64,000 bases of DNA from an uncultured Eubacteriales bacterium (GCA_902775345.1 CACYLW010000006.1:39613-103612); one strand, 5' to 3'. Positions 35,325 through 44,545 are shown, numbered from the stretch's first letter. Notes: generated by a model from the letters alone, not told the origin. Numbers and translations: made by a program.

Positions 35325-35963
35325 TCATTGCTTTGCACCTTTTTCAACATCCTCAATATACTCTACAACTAAGTTTATCAGACCTAACGCAAACTGTCCC
35401 TCTCTTTTTCCAACCGGCTGCCCGTCAGTATGTGCCATCGTATCAATGATCTCTCCTGCGCTTTGAAGTATGGTTCTGACTCTGTCATCTTCATCGGAAG
35501 GTGCATCGTGTTCTGCGAGAAGATGCTTTTTATAATCAGAAAGAGCAGTAAGAATGCGGTCTACGGCGATGTCATACTTTCCCTCGCGCATTAACAGCTC
35601 CGCGTCTTCAGCTGCCTTCTGAAAAGGGATCGCATCATTCCAATCCATTATCTGTTCGACAGCCTGACGAATCGTTACGGTTGAAAGGAGGTCCCTGGAT
35701 CCTTTCTGAAAAGGTACCAGCGCGGACATGATATCTCTTTCGGCCTGATCCTTCTTATCGCCCAGAGCCATATAGTCTTTATTCTTTAAACTGAGAACCA
35801 GTTCCCAGTAGTCAGTCCCCCAGCGCCAGCTGTCATGATAAGTATGCTCAACGTCAAAATCTGCCTTCTTTAATACAGCAGCCGCAGCATCATTATTCTG
35901 TTCCTGCAGAGAGCGGATCCCATCAGAGATCAGCCGATTCCAGTATTGATTATTTTCCGCCAT
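35325..35963 (-). CDS. Hypothetical protein
   Basis: ATG 35963 has a GAAGG RBS (MAENNQYWNRLISDGIRSLQEQNND...). It looks helical and carries no motif I recognise. Confidence 0.7.
   Translation of the reverse strand: MAENNQYWNRLISDGIRSLQEQNNDAAAAVLKKADFDVEHTYHDSWRWGTDYWELVLSLKNKDYMALGDKKDQAERDIMSALVPFQKGSRDLLSTVTIRQAVEQIMDWNDAIPFQKAAEDAELLMREGKYDIAVDRILTALSDYKKHLLAEHDAPSDEDDRVRTILQSAGEIIDTMAHTDGQPVGKREGQFALGLINLVVEYIEDVEKGAKQ
35890..35923. repeat. 34-bp repeat, copy 1 (32/34 identical to 42082-42115)
   Basis: TCATTATTCTGTTCCTGCAGAGAGCGGATCCCAT, inside codons about 14-25 of the 35325-35963 gene. Confidence 0.85.
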
Positions 35964-36182
35964 AATAAACCTTCTTTGTCTGTGCAATTACCTGGTAACT
36001 CTAATTATACCTAACAGAAACAAGGCTTTAAAACAATAATTGCAAAGCATAGTACCGATTAGAAATAAGCGGGCAAAATCGCCCATTTCCGGGTATTGTT
36101 TACTGAAAGACTTGTGCACCAAATATGCTACAATACAAACAAATGCAAGTAATTGCTCATATGAAAGTTGATCGCATTTAAC

Positions 36183-36195
36183 GGGGACTGTTCCC
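36183..36195. promoter_or_regulatory. GGGGAC-N-GTCCCC-type palindrome, variant copy 1
   Basis: ACGGGGACTGTTCCCGT, 27 bp upstream of the CotH-family gene start. Confidence 0.5.
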
Positions 36196-36221
36196 GTTAA
36201 ATAAAGGAGGACACTGCTTAT

Positions 36222-39200
36222 ATGAAAAGAATTCGTGTTTTATTACTGACACTGGCGCTGACTCTTTCAATGATGGCACCAGAATTTGCTATGCTTCCGG
36301 CAGTCTATGCAGAAAGCGACACGCCGGCTGCAGTAACTGCCGAAAGCAATCAGGCGGCTGATCCTGACGCGTCCGGTGCCCCGGCCGCTAACGAAGCCGC
36401 AGACCCGGCAACCGGTACCCCAGACGCAGACCCATCAGCCGATGCTCTCGAAGAGGCTGATCCGGGCGAAGCTGTCGTAAGAGCACCTGACAACGGCCAG
36501 GATGCTGTTGATCCGGAGCCGGCAGACATGCCTGATCCAGCCCCTGCAGACGTGCCTGATCCGGCCCCTGCAGATGTGCCTGATCCGGAGCCGCAGCCTT
36601 TCAAGTTCGACTCCTACAAGAAGCTCAACATGAGGGATCTTTACAACGCTAACATACTCGTGATCCCTGATGAGCTCAAAGACAAGATCACAGTTGAGCC
36701 GGCTGAATACGGCAGCGGCCTGCTTCTCAGCGGCAATGTCGGCGACCTCAACGCGGCCTACCTCACCATCAGCGAGGAGTTCAACTTCGACTCGGGCAGC
36801 GTCGGCAGATTCTACTTTGACGGCCTCAAAGATAAAGACAAGGGCATGGACGTCGAAATAGAAGTCTACCTCGACGATGAAAAAACGCCAAAAGTCACCA
36901 TTCCGCTCAAGAAGCAGATGGGCAAGAGAGAGTGGGCAAACAAGGGTGACAAGTCAGTCAACCTCAGCACTGCAGAGATCACCGGCAAGCACAGAGTAGC
37001 GCTCCGCCCTAAGATCAGCGGCAAAAATGATACAGACAATACCACCGTCATGCTCAGAGCGATCCAGTTCTGCAAGACGACCGTCCCTGTGATGTATTTC
37101 AACATCGATGAATCCGAGGGCACTATCGAGGCCATGAACAGCAGCAGCGACCACTCTGTCGAGTGCTACGGCAGCGTCGACCTGATCGTCCCGGATCTGT
37201 TCAACGCCAACGAGACATTCCGTGACGAGTACGGCCAGCAGAAGAGCCTCACAGGCCTCGATCTGGAGTACATCCGCGGCCGCGGCAACTCCACCTGGAT
37301 GGACGAGAAAAAACCGTACAAAGTCAAATTCGACAAAGGCCAGGACCTCTTCGGCTTCGGCAAGAATAAACACTGGGTGCTGCTGGCAAACCGCTACGAC
37401 AACAGCCTTATCCGCAACCGCATGACCTACTGGCTCGGCCAGCAGCTTGGCATGGAATACACACCGCAATGCGTTCCGGTCGAAGTGGTCATGAACGGCG
37501 AGTTCTACGGCAGCTATCTGCTCTGCGAGCAGATCAGAGTGGGCAAGGGCCGTGTCACCATAGACGACCTCGATGACATCAAGGACGTTCCGGCAATCAC
37601 CGATGAGCTGATCCAGACCGGCGGCTACCTGCTGTCGATGGATACGGAAGAAGACGAGAAGCGCAGCTTCAGGACTGAAAACGGCATGCAGCTCTACATC
37701 GAAAGCCCAGACGACAACGTCGCTTACTTCAACGAGTACATCAAGGCCTACACGCAGAAAGTCGAAAATGCCATCCTCGGCGAAGACTTCAAAGACGCGT
37801 CCGGCCAGCCATACACCGACTACCTCGACATTGATTCAGCGGTCGATTACTGGTGGATCCAGGAGTTTTCGGCAAACGGTGATGCGTACGGCAGCGGCAG
37901 CACCTACCTCTACAAAAAGAGAGACAAAAGCGAGTCCGAGCAGGGCAAGCTCTACTGGGGACCTCTCTGGGACTTCGACTACGTAGCCTGGGGCGACCTC
38001 GAGTACGATCCGGATCCGTCCGGCACCCTCGACTACACCAGTACGCCGTGGTTCGATACGATGAAGACCGACCCGGTGTTCATCAAGAAGGTCAAAGACC
38101 GCTGGTATGAAGAAGGCGGCATCAAGGACAAGCTCCTCGAGATCACAAAAGAAGGCGGCCGCCTCGACAAGTACATCGAGCAGATGGAAACGACTTACAC
38201 CTACGATCACGATCTGTGGGGCGCGTACGAGTCCGATATCAATGAGTACAAAGGCGAGATAGAACAGCTGCGCACATGGATCAACAAGAGGATCGAGGGT
38301 GTAGAGGAATCGGTAAAAGAGCTCTCCACAGACCCGCACAAAGTCACATTCATGGTCGACGGCAAGATCATCAAAGAGAAGGAAATCATCGGCGCCCTTC
38401 GCAAGAGTGACTTCCCGGAAGCGCCGGCAAAAGAAGGCTTCGTGTTCTCAAGCTGGATCGATGATGAAGACTGTCCGTACGAGGCCGGTTCGCACGTAAC
38501 ACAGGATGTCATCCTCAATGCGTACTACCTGGCAGAAGAAGAAATCGTGCAGGCGAAGGACATCTTCTTCAGCAGTTACGACGTATACTACGCGCTGTAC
38601 GAAGACAGCGAAAACGGATATTCGAATTGGTACTCCCCGGATTACCGCGTGATGCCAGACAACGCATTCGATACCTCACTCACCTGGACCAGCTCAAACA
38701 GCACGATCGCAGAGGTCGATGAAGAAGGAGCCATTGCGATAAAGGGCAAGGGCGATGCGGTCATCACAGCCACACTCGCCAACGGGGTTTCAAGGTCGTT
38801 CAACCTGCACATACTCGGATACGAAGACTTCAACGAATGCGAGAAGGTCTCGCTCGACAAGACCTCAATAAAGCTCAAAACCGGCTCGTACGATCAGGTG
38901 CTGCCTGTGTACTCACCGACGCCGTGCGACACCGGCGAACTCATCTGGGTGTCGACTGATGAGAGCGTTGCCTGTGTTGACGACCTCGGTGTTGTAAGCG
39001 CGGTTGGCATTGGGACCGCTGATATCCTGGCAGTCAACCTCAACACGCGCGAAGTGCTGAAGTGCAAGGTCACAGTCACAGGCCGCCGGGTGAAGAAAAG
39101 CGGCAGCATCTACGAGATCACTTCCGAAAAAGCGGGCAGCCGCACCGCAACGCTTGTGAAGGCCAGGAACGCCAAGGGCGTGACGATCCCGGCAACCATC

Positions 39201-39449
39201 ACGTCGGGTGGTCATAAGTACAGCGTCAACCGCATCAAGACAAAGGCGTTCGCGAAGTCGAAAGCTACAAAAGTGATCATCAGGACAAAGAAACTGACCA
39301 AAACCAGAGTCAAAGGTTCGCTCAAAGGCTCAAAGGTAAAGACCATAAAAGTCAAAGTCGGTACGAAAAGCCTGAACAAGAAATATGTAAAGAGGTATAA
39401 AAAGTACTTCACAAAGAATAACGCCGGAAAGAAAGTAAAGGTTTACTAG
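36222..39449 (+). CDS. CotH kinase-family giant surface protein (signal peptide, Pro/Asp-rich linker, CotH domain, Flg_new-like and Big_2-like modules, Lys-rich LRR-like tail)
   Basis: KKPYKVKFDKGQDLFGFGKNKHWVLLANRYDNSLIRNRMTYWLG...VVMNGEFYGSYLLCEQIRVGKGRV is the CotH core. Signal MKRIRVLLLTLALTLSMMAPEFAMLPAVYA. Confidence 0.9.
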   Translation: MKRIRVLLLTLALTLSMMAPEFAMLPAVYAESDTPAAVTAESNQAADPDASGAPAANEAADPATGTPDADPSADALEEADPGEAVVRAPDNGQDAVDPEPADMPDPAPADVPDPAPADVPDPEPQPFKFDSYKKLNMRDLYNANILVIPDELKDKITVEPAEYGSGLLLSGNVGDLNAAYLTISEEFNFDSGSVGRFYFDGLKDKDKGMDVEIEVYLDDEKTPKVTIPLKKQMGKREWANKGDKSVNLSTAEITGKHRVALRPKISGKNDTDNTTVMLRAIQFCKTTVPVMYFNIDESEGTIEAMNSSSDHSVECYGSVDLIVPDLFNANETFRDEYGQQKSLTGLDLEYIRGRGNSTWMDEKKPYKVKFDKGQDLFGFGKNKHWVLLANRYDNSLIRNRMTYWLGQQLGMEYTPQCVPVEVVMNGEFYGSYLLCEQIRVGKGRVTIDDLDDIKDVPAITDELIQTGGYLLSMDTEEDEKRSFRTENGMQLYIESPDDNVAYFNEYIKAYTQKVENAILGEDFKDASGQPYTDYLDIDSAVDYWWIQEFSANGDAYGSGSTYLYKKRDKSESEQGKLYWGPLWDFDYVAWGDLEYDPDPSGTLDYTSTPWFDTMKTDPVFIKKVKDRWYEEGGIKDKLLEITKEGGRLDKYIEQMETTYTYDHDLWGAYESDINEYKGEIEQLRTWINKRIEGVEESVKELSTDPHKVTFMVDGKIIKEKEIIGALRKSDFPEAPAKEGFVFSSWIDDEDCPYEAGSHVTQDVILNAYYLAEEEIVQAKDIFFSSYDVYYALYEDSENGYSNWYSPDYRVMPDNAFDTSLTWTSSNSTIAEVDEEGAIAIKGKGDAVITATLANGVSRSFNLHILGYEDFNECEKVSLDKTSIKLKTGSYDQVLPVYSPTPCDTGELIWVSTDESVACVDDLGVVSAVGIGTADILAVNLNTREVLKCKVTVTGRRVKKSGSIYEITSEKAGSRTATLVKARNAKGVTIPATITSGGHKYSVNRIKTKAFAKSKATKVIIRTKKLTKTRVKGSLKGSKVKTIKVKVGTKSLNKKYVKRYKKYFTKNNAGKKVKVY
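36528..36596 (+). repeat. Coding 24-bp tandem repeat (about 3 copies) encoding (M/V)PDPAPAD
   Basis: ATGCCTGATCCAGCCCCTGCAGAC / GTGCCTGATCCGGCCCCTGCAGAT / GTGCCTGATCCGGAGCCGCAG. Confidence 0.85.
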
Positions 39450-39458
39450 TGCCCTACC

Positions 39459-39471
39459 GGGGACAGTCCCC
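39459..39471. promoter_or_regulatory. Perfect 13-bp palindrome GGGGACAGTCCCC, copy 2
   Basis: It lies in the 47-bp gap between the two giant surface-protein genes. Confidence 0.55.
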
Positions 39472-39496
39472 ATTCGGGCATTCGAGGAGTATAGTT

Positions 39497-41896
39497 ATGA
39501 GAATTTATAAAAGAATATTTGCAATACTGATGTTTGTCATAGTGGCTTTGATTATGCCGGTGACGCCTCCGGCGGAAGTCGATATTGGTATTGATAACAC
39601 CGGCATCGCCTATGCAGGCACAATACCTGTCGACAAGGCACATTTCCCCGATGAGGCTTTTAGGGCGTTTTTAGCAAAACAGTATGGCAGTTCTATTGAT
39701 CCGTCAGTTGTAACTACCATGTATGTTTATGATCCGGCCACTAAAAGTTTGGAAGGAATACAGTATTTTACTGCGTTGAAAGAATTGAACTGTTCGTATA
39801 TCAATAATCTGGGCAGTTTAGATGTAAGTCACAATACTTCTCTGGAATCGTTGATCTGCCGGGATAACAACTTAAGCAGCCTGGATGTAAGCCACAACAC
39901 TGCTCTGAAAGAGCTGGACTGTGGTATGAACAAACTGAGCAGCCTGGACGTAAGCCACAACACTGCTTTGGTACAATTGGACTGCAGCTCAAATAATCTG
40001 AGCAGCCTGGACGTTAGAAACAGCACTGCTTTGGAATACCTGAACTGTAGCGATAACAACCTTGGCAAACTTTATCTCAGCAAAACACTTTCTGAAAACT
40101 CCTTTTTCCATGACGATGGTGTTGAGATTATTTATGGCAGTCCATCTGATCCTGTTAAGCCGGTCACTCTGAATACTGCTTCTGCAAAAGTGGCAGTAGG
40201 AAAGTCTACAACACTTGAAGCTTTTGGTCCGAATGACATCGCTTTCAAGTCCAGCAACAAAGCTGTTGCAACTGTTTCTTCGACGGGCAAAGTCAGTGCA
40301 GTCAAACCGGGAACGGCAACTATTACAGCCTACTCGAAGGCTGATAAAACCAACAAAGCCACATGCAAGATCACTGTAAAATATAAGCTCACGTATAAGA
40401 TGGATGGCGGAACGAATTCAGATGACAATCCTACCTGGTATACAGGAAAGGTTACCCTGAAGGATCCAAAGACCAGAAAGGGCTATGATTTCAAGGGCTG
40501 GTATTCGGATTCAAACTTTAAGACGAGGGTAAGAACTGTCACTAATGCCAACAAGACCCTTTATGCAAAGTGGGAATGGCACTCGTATTCGATCAAATTT
40601 GTAAAGAATGGCGGGACCGGCTCACTGTATTACCAGAGATGCAGATACGGAAAGGAATTCAATCTGCCTGAATGCCATTACACCAGAAAGGGCTATACTT
40701 TTACCGGATGGAACACAAAGGCGGACGGATCCGGCAAGGCTTATGCTGATAGGGCGTCCTTCAAGAACCTTACGTCAGAGGATGGAAAGACTATATCTTT
40801 TTATGCACAGTGGAAAGTAAGGAAATATACCATAAAATACTCAGGACTCCCTGAAGGAGCAAAGAACGACAATAAGACAAGCTACACCATAAATACAGCG
40901 ACTTTCAGCCTGAAAGACGCAAGCTGCCCGGGTTACACCTTCAAGGGCTGGTTCTCAGACAGCAAGAAGACAAAACCGATCACTTCGATCGCTAAGGGCA
41001 GCACCGGAAGCAAGACCATTTACAGCAAGTGGACGGCGCATAATTACACGATCAAGTTCAATGCGAACGGTGGTGAAGGAACAACCGCTGCCATGAAATC
41101 GTGCGTATACGGCAAGCAGTACAATCTGACAAAGAACGGATTTCAGAAGAAGGACTCTATGTTCACAGGCTGGAATACGCAGGCGGATGGATCGGGAGCA
41201 TCGTATGCAGACGGAGCAGCCGTGTCGAACCTCGTAACGAAAAACGGAGGAAGCATAACCCTGTATGCACAGTGGGAAGAAGACAAATACCTTCTTTACT
41301 GGCCGGTCAGAAATGGAACCACGAACGTGACAGAGTTAAGTTCTAACTGTTATTACTATCTTGATAAAGATAAAAATAAGGTTTGGATTCATAAGGGAAT
41401 AGATATTGCAAATTCTGCCGGAGCATCCTGGTATGCAGCGAAAGGCGGGACTATTTATAGAGTGTATACAGGATGTAATACTGATGCAAACGGTACTCAT
41501 GATGGAGAAGCGGGATCATGCAACCCTGATTATGGCTATTATGGGTTCACTTTCTATGATGCTGCAGAGAAACCATATATCAAGAACATCTGCAACAACG
41601 GATTCGGAAATGGAATAGTGATCCAGACTGATCCTATTGATGGTGTAACATATTATATTCAATACGCGCACATGGAATCTGTTGCCTTTACTAAGGAAAA
41701 TGAAGGCCAGAGAATAACAGCTGGAACATATCTTGGGAAAGTTGGAAACAGGGGTTTCTCCTTCGGAACACATGCTCATTTTGAGATAAACAAAGATAAG
41801 CTTTTCGGAAACGTTGTTGATAATGATTATACTCATACCGAAGCGCTTGCCGGTGAGCATGATAAATGTGTATTCACTTATAAATATGACTGGTAA
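39497..41896 (+). CDS. Surface protein: LRR repeats, Big_2, about five Listeria-Bacteroides (Flg_new) repeats and a C-terminal M23 (LytM-type) peptidase
   Basis: ATG 39497 (RBS GAGGAG) with signal/TM MRIYKRIFAILMFVIVALIMPV. 22-aa LRRs (LSSLDVSHNTAL..L.C). Repeated GY.F.GW...ADGSG..Y motifs. M23 motifs HKGIDI, YIQYAHM and GTHAHFEI. Confidence 0.9.
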   Translation: MRIYKRIFAILMFVIVALIMPVTPPAEVDIGIDNTGIAYAGTIPVDKAHFPDEAFRAFLAKQYGSSIDPSVVTTMYVYDPATKSLEGIQYFTALKELNCSYINNLGSLDVSHNTSLESLICRDNNLSSLDVSHNTALKELDCGMNKLSSLDVSHNTALVQLDCSSNNLSSLDVRNSTALEYLNCSDNNLGKLYLSKTLSENSFFHDDGVEIIYGSPSDPVKPVTLNTASAKVAVGKSTTLEAFGPNDIAFKSSNKAVATVSSTGKVSAVKPGTATITAYSKADKTNKATCKITVKYKLTYKMDGGTNSDDNPTWYTGKVTLKDPKTRKGYDFKGWYSDSNFKTRVRTVTNANKTLYAKWEWHSYSIKFVKNGGTGSLYYQRCRYGKEFNLPECHYTRKGYTFTGWNTKADGSGKAYADRASFKNLTSEDGKTISFYAQWKVRKYTIKYSGLPEGAKNDNKTSYTINTATFSLKDASCPGYTFKGWFSDSKKTKPITSIAKGSTGSKTIYSKWTAHNYTIKFNANGGEGTTAAMKSCVYGKQYNLTKNGFQKKDSMFTGWNTQADGSGASYADGAAVSNLVTKNGGSITLYAQWEEDKYLLYWPVRNGTTNVTELSSNCYYYLDKDKNKVWIHKGIDIANSAGASWYAAKGGTIYRVYTGCNTDANGTHDGEAGSCNPDYGYYGFTFYDAAEKPYIKNICNNGFGNGIVIQTDPIDGVTYYIQYAHMESVAFTKENEGQRITAGTYLGKVGNRGFSFGTHAHFEINKDKLFGNVVDNDYTHTEALAGEHDKCVFTYKYDW

Positions 41897-41960
41897 GAAA
41901 TCATACTTACTTATACAAAGAGTGCCCCGCAATCAAACAGGCAGAAAATCAAGAAACATC

Positions 41961-41987
41961 AAAAAGAGCCGGTTACGGCTCTTTTTG
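41961..41987 (+). terminator. Rho-independent terminator after the LRR/M23 gene
   Basis: AGAGCCG-GTTA-CGGCTCT followed by TTTTT. Confidence 0.75.
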
Positions 41988-42018
41988 CTCTCTGTAATTA
42001 ATGTTCGTCTTCTTTTAC

Positions 42019-42031
42019 GGGGATTGTCCCC
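42019..42031. promoter_or_regulatory. Palindrome GGGGATTGTCCCC, copy 3 (one arm mismatch)
   Basis: It sits just after the terminator, at the point where G+C content drops. Confidence 0.5.
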
Positions 42032-42081
42032 ATTAGTTCTAAATAGAGTTTAATTCTTTGTTGTTACGATCGAAAGCAGAG

Positions 42082-42115
42082 TCATTATTCTGTTCCTGCA
42101 GAGACCGAATCCCAT
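42082..42115. repeat. 34-bp repeat, copy 2
   Basis: TCATTATTCTGTTCCTGCAGAGACCGAATCCCAT, which abuts the 5' edge of the relaxase remnant. Confidence 0.85.
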
Positions 42116-42119
42116 AGTA

Positions 42120-42629
42120 GTCACCATTCTTTATTCTATATGCTTTGTCCAGGAGCACGGCTATAACGATCAGTCAGAAATATCAGCTGAACACAATCGC
42201 ATTGAATCAGCTATAGCTAAACTCACAGATGCTATGGATGCTGCTGACAGCCAGATTAGGAATCTCAATGAGCAGATACATTATGCCGGCCAGCTGTACG
42301 TAAACAAAAGCATTATCTCAAATGTCCGTCGCAAAGCTCTCATCGAACACGGCAGCGCTGAAAAAATAATGGCCGCTCACAATACGGAAAGTATGCTTTT
42401 GCGTGAAGCACAGAGCTACTTCTCCGAAAGACAACTCCCGCTTCCTGACCTTCAAGAATTAAAAGCCGAACGCGATCGCTACATAAAACTCAAAGCCGCA
42501 CAGCAAAAGGCCTACAAACAGTTCAAATCCTACAGCCATGACCTCAATACTGTCAGCACTAATATCGATCTCATCCTGAGCTACAATCGTACACAAGATT
42601 ATAAGAGAGAAACAGCGCAGGATCGCTAA
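42120..42629 (+). pseudogene. 3' remnant of a MOB relaxase/mobilisation gene (C-terminal coiled-coil part only)
   Basis: The open frame reads ...QEHGYNDQSEISAEHNRIESAIAKLTDAMDAADSQIRNLNEQIHYAGQLY...LPLPDLQELKAERDRYIKLKAAQQKAYKQFKSYSHDLNTVSTNIDLIL. This pattern matches my recollection of the C-terminal tails of Firmicutes Mob relaxases. No relaxase catalytic domain lies upstream. Confidence 0.55.
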
Positions 42630-42661
42630 CTAATCCTGCGCAACTCTTAATTTTTTATGTG

Positions 42662-43663
42662 TTATCCAAAGTTTGGTTCCTCATGAGTCACAGCTTCAAT
42701 TATTTCACTTTCTGTAAATTCACTCCAGTCTGTGTAGCATAATTTGAACTCTCTATCAAAATAGTCTATTTCCATTTTATAAAGATCAATGTTCTTCTCC
42801 TTAGCTATTTTTGCTAATTCCAAGGCGGTTTGAAGTTCTACCCTCACTCCAAGAAATATTGCATCTGGTTTAAAGGTGAAAAAAGTTGTGTCTGTATTGT
42901 CACATACAATTCTCCACTCCTTTTCGTAATCCCATACCTTGCTCTTTTGTAAAACAGTCAACAATGGGAATGGATACTGCTTGTCATCTACCCCATTATT
43001 CATATCAAGATATAAAGCTCGTGTAATTGCCATTACACTTGCGTTATATCTTGAATCCTTATATATCACTGGAAATAATGGCTTACCTGGTCTCCTGCAT
43101 ATGCATCTTTTACACTCGTCGCAATCATTGCATTCAGGAATATCTATTATCTCAGTATTGTATCTTATGGCAAATCCCCTATGTTCTGATGCATAGTGTG
43201 ACCACATAAGTGGTGAGTCTATTGTTTCGCTTAAACATAGGATTTTAACTCTTTCCCTATTTTGTTGAATATAACTTAATCCAGCATTCAAAAGTTCAGT
43301 TCTTTTAAGGATGTTATTGATGTCATCATCCATTCCAGCTGGATTATTAAAAACCGGTGCATCATTAGGAAAATGAAATACATGTTGAACCATTTCATTC
43401 GGATCAACATATGCTATGCTCTCTGTAGGATCATTAAACGCAGCGGGTTTACTTAGGTAGAGTTTCTCTTCGCGCAAACTATCTATATGCATAGGCTTCG
43501 GGTCCCGAAACTTATATAGATAACTAGGCAGAGTAGCATCTAATGTGGTAATAATATCGTTCACATATTTACTAATACGTTCAGGGCTTATATTTTTCCC
43601 TTGATAATCTTCTAACTTTTTCAATAGTGAATAAAACCTATTGATTCCCTGATTTCTATTCAT
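42662..43663 (-). CDS. DUF2971 family protein
   Basis: LYKFRD...LREEKLYLSKPAAFNDPTES, LCLSETIDSPLMWSHYASEHRGFAIRY and KSKVWDYEKEWRIV are hallmark DUF2971 blocks. There is an inserted Cys cluster, CNDCDECKRCIC. Confidence 0.8.
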   Translation of the reverse strand: MNRNQGINRFYSLLKKLEDYQGKNISPERISKYVNDIITTLDATLPSYLYKFRDPKPMHIDSLREEKLYLSKPAAFNDPTESIAYVDPNEMVQHVFHFPNDAPVFNNPAGMDDDINNILKRTELLNAGLSYIQQNRERVKILCLSETIDSPLMWSHYASEHRGFAIRYNTEIIDIPECNDCDECKRCICRRPGKPLFPVIYKDSRYNASVMAITRALYLDMNNGVDDKQYPFPLLTVLQKSKVWDYEKEWRIVCDNTDTTFFTFKPDAIFLGVRVELQTALELAKIAKEKNIDLYKMEIDYFDREFKLCYTDWSEFTESEIIEAVTHEEPNFG

Positions 43664-43955
43664 ATATTTTTGTCCTCATAAAGATTTCATTGTGAAAAGC
43701 GGTATTAGGACTAGAGTTCTCATATACCACTGCTGCAATCTTGAAGTCAGGATATCACACAGAAATATGTGATGTATATACTACTCAATCTGAGCAGTAT
43801 TGCCGTTGCATTGAGTAGACCAGCAAGAGAGAACGCAAGATTGTTCTATTTCATCGTGTGCAGTACTCTATATACTGTGATCCCGTATTGTAAATTATTA
43901 TTAGCTGTAGATATATCTATCCAGTTCATCATCAGTTGGCCGTCTGCCTTCTTCA

Positions 43956-44351
43956 TCATAAAAAAATGGTAAAGAAGAGATCATAGTCTTTCTTTACGTC
44001 TTTAAGGATATTGGACAGGACCTTTTCTCTGCTCATAGCATTCACAAGCTGAGTCTCCATTGACGAAAGGTCCAGACTAGATGGTATGAGGTCTACTCCT
44101 TCAGGATGATGGATAATGGTATCCCGCACCGCTGGCCTATATTCCTGTGTTGCAAGATACATCAATTTTCCCAGTGACTTCTCAAGTGTATCTCCGTTCC
44201 ACCCAAGAGATGCTGTGAGATCGCTCTGAGGGTCTGCATCCACAAGCAAAACTCTTTTTCCTTGCCTGGCTAATCCAACGCCAAGGTTCAAAGTAGTCGT
44301 TGTTTTACCCACACCGCCTTTCTGATTACATATAGCTATCGTTTTGGCCAT
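43956..44351 (-). pseudogene. Truncated parA/soj (5' half only)
   Basis: MAKTIAICNQKGGVGKTTTTLNLGVGLARQGKRVLLVDADPQ... (AGGAGG RBS). Homology stops after ...ILKDVKKDYD, before the Walker B block, and the frame ends after 7 unrelated codons. Confidence 0.8.
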
Positions 44352-44425
44352 TAATAAAAACCTCCTAGCAGCCACATATCATCACTTCCACAATCTTGTT
44401 AGGGCTCAGTTAATTCAGCCAATGG

Positions 44426-44447
44426 CTAATTTAAGTGAGCGCTAACA
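44426..44447. repeat. 22-bp exact repeat, copy 2
   Basis: CTAATTTAAGTGAGCGCTAACA. It is directly followed by the sugar-transferase stub. Confidence 0.85.
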
Positions 44448-44545
44448 CTCGGTCCGACGACAGTCATATCACCTTTTATTATGTTGAAAAGTTGAGGCAT
44501 CTCATCGATTTTTTGTCAAACGACTAAACATTTGCACGTTAAAAA
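44448..44545 (-). pseudogene. Stub of a bacterial sugar (polyprenyl-phosphate glycosyl-1-phosphate) transferase gene
   Basis: The minus strand reads KIDEMPQLFNIIKGDMTVVGP (compare the family motif LDELPQL.NVLKGDMSLVGPRP) and ends exactly at the 22-bp repeat. Upstream FSRLTK lies in another frame across an A6 run (frameshift), and stops lie further upstream. Confidence 0.6.

Noticed and set aside
39810-40075. A ~66-bp periodic DNA repeat that looks like a repeat-spacer array.
   Set aside because: It lies inside the 39497-41896 CDS and encodes 22-residue leucine-rich repeats (LSSLDVSHNTAL.EL.C..N.L). It is a coding repeat, not a CRISPR array.
42234-42629. Track ORF 42234-42629 as an intact 131-aa gene.
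   Set aside because: The frame is open for a further ~110 nt upstream without a start. The sequence looks like the tail of a much larger relaxase, so I treat it as a remnant, although this is unverified without a database search.
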